Below are positions 36,447-37,681 of a stretch of 37,681 bases of DNA, one piece after another. This stretch comes from a virus. Its lineage: Duplodnaviria; Heunggongvirae; Uroviricota; Caudoviricetes. The position numbers were made by a program, and so were the translations under genes. The notes below the pieces were generated by a model. That model had not been told where the DNA came from. It ran no database searches and saw nothing but the letters and a program-made list of their open reading frames with translations. The stretch lies in IMG/VR virus record IMGVR_UViG_2541047945_000005; one strand, given 5' to 3'. Every line of letters starts with the position of its first letter. Position 1 is the stretch's first letter.

Positions 36447-36673
36447 TTACGCTATCAGGTAACAGCCGGAAATTAAAAGCCTGCCGAATATCTGCCAGAT
36501 ACCTTTTTGCCCGCGCCTTTTTTAAGAACGTCAGGCCGGGGATCACAATTGGTGTTATTGCCGGACGCGAACAGGTTGAAAAATACATGTCAGGTGCATG
36601 GTGGAATAACGACCCTGTCATTGCTGCCCGTAATATTCATATCAGTTGGGGGGATATTCAGAATGACGGCTGA
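36443..36673 (+). CDS. hypothetical protein
   Basis: 76-aa ORF, ATGA coupling. Confidence 0.35.
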   Translation: MITLSGNSRKLKACRISARYLFARAFFKNVRPGITIGVIAGREQVEKYMSGAWWNNDPVIAARNIHISWGDIQNDG

Positions 36674-36878
36674 ATCTGTTGTATGTGCCCTGTTCTGGTA
36701 TTGTTTTGCCGGTTGGTGTACTGCTGAACTGCACCGCCGTTCAGGGTTTTATTCACGTTACAGTGGTGCCGGCTACTGGATTAGCTGGTCGGTGATGTTC
36801 CTGTGCTGGCCTGTGGCGCTTCCTTTATATGTCGATTATATCGGTGGCGCAGGTAAAAGGAGCAACGATGATGACTAA
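36663..36878 (+). CDS. small membrane protein
   Basis: Two hydrophobic segments; start at internal ATG with GGGGGA upstream. Confidence 0.35.
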   Translation: MTAESVVCALFWYCFAGWCTAELHRRSGFYSRYSGAGYWISWSVMFLCWPVALPLYVDYIGGAGKRSNDDD

Positions 36879-37320
36879 ACAACGTCTTATCCAGCTCATT
36901 CATATTGCCCGTAATGAACTGGGTATGGATGAAGACACCTACCGCCAGATGTTACAGGGGCTGACCGGTAAAGCCTCAACCAAAGGAATGGATACCACAC
37001 AACTAAACTGCGTGCTGGAATCCATGAAAAGGAAAGGCTTTCGCGTTAAGCCTGCCGGAAAAGCCAGCTCCGGTTTACCGCTGGATAACCATCCGCAGTC
37101 CAGGAAAATCCGTGCGCTATGGCTTGAAATGGCTGCTGCCGGCATTGTTCGTGACCGTTCAGAAAATGCATTAGCGCGGTGGATCAAGCGGGAAACGGGC
37201 ATCAGCGCCCTGCGCTGGCTCAATACTGAACAGGCAAGCAGTGTTATTGAGAAACTGAAGAAGTGGCAGCACAGAGCTGCGGGAGTAAAACATGAGCGAC
37301 CTGAATCAGTTTCGAAGTAA
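36868..37320 (+). CDS. GemA-like protein (Mu gp16-like)
   Basis: Position directly upstream of Mor; AAAGGAG RBS. Confidence 0.5.
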   Translation: MMTKQRLIQLIHIARNELGMDEDTYRQMLQGLTGKASTKGMDTTQLNCVLESMKRKGFRVKPAGKASSGLPLDNHPQSRKIRALWLEMAAAGIVRDRSENALARWIKRETGISALRWLNTEQASSVIEKLKKWQHRAAGVKHERPESVSK

Positions 37321-37681
37321 AGGGCCGGAACTCCTGGTGGAACTGGCACAGCATACCTCTGAGACCGTTCGCGAGATTATTGATATTGAGCCCGCAATTG
37401 CCGACCAGATTGGTCAGGCCGTCGCGAACCGCATGATGCAGGTCTGGGGCGGGCAAAACGTTTATTTCCCGATGGGCATGGTATGGAAGGTCAGTCAGCG
37501 CGACCGGGAAATCTTCAGGGAGTTTAACGGACGTAACCACCATGAACTGGCCCGCAAATTTGGTGTTTCGCTTCAGTGGGTCTACAGCGTGGTTAAGCGG
37601 GTAAGAAAAGAAGAACTGGATCGGATGCAGGGCAAGCTATTTGCTGATGAACCCGATGTAGATACGGAGAAAAAAGAGTAA
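37292..37681 (+). CDS. mor: Mor-like middle-operon transcriptional activator
   Basis: 129 aa (the length of Mu Mor), C-terminal HTH (ELARKFGVSLQWVYSVVKR), last gene of the early block. Confidence 0.65.
   Translation: MSDLNQFRSKGPELLVELAQHTSETVREIIDIEPAIADQIGQAVANRMMQVWGGQNVYFPMGMVWKVSQRDREIFREFNGRNHHELARKFGVSLQWVYSVVKRVRKEELDRMQGKLFADEPDVDTEKKE

Noticed and set aside
1-37681. tRNA, rRNA or integrase genes
   Set aside because: No cloverleaf-like or rRNA-like stretches were noticed and no tyrosine-integrase ORF is present; this fits a transposable phage interior.

Overview
This window looks like the interior of a Mu-like transposable prophage in an enterobacterial-type genome; all calls are from reading the sequence and ORF track, no database search was run. 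Late genes occupy 1-26.6 kb on the minus strand in Mu order: lysis cassette, small/large terminase, portal, F, G, I, major capsid, sheath, tube, chaperones, tape measure, baseplate and tail fibre. Early genes occupy 29.4-37.7 kb on the plus strand: Cro-like regulator, DDE transposase A, AAA+ ATPase B, Gam-like, GemA-like and Mor-like. The two modules diverge from a CI-type repressor at 28.9-29.4 kb, so the early block is inverted relative to canonical Mu. The most interesting region is an AT-rich island at 26.7-28.9 kb: two unrecognised membrane proteins co-oriented with the repressor (the first translationally coupled to it), plus a small P-loop protein on the other strand, which I propose as a candidate exclusion/defence module. 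Other notable features are a hix/gix-like invertible tail-fibre cassette at 57-655, an IS66-family insertion (16575-19106, 8-bp target duplication) landing in the start of head gene I, and a 22-bp motif repeated before four late operons. The phage ends, the invertase gene and the late activator are not in the window.
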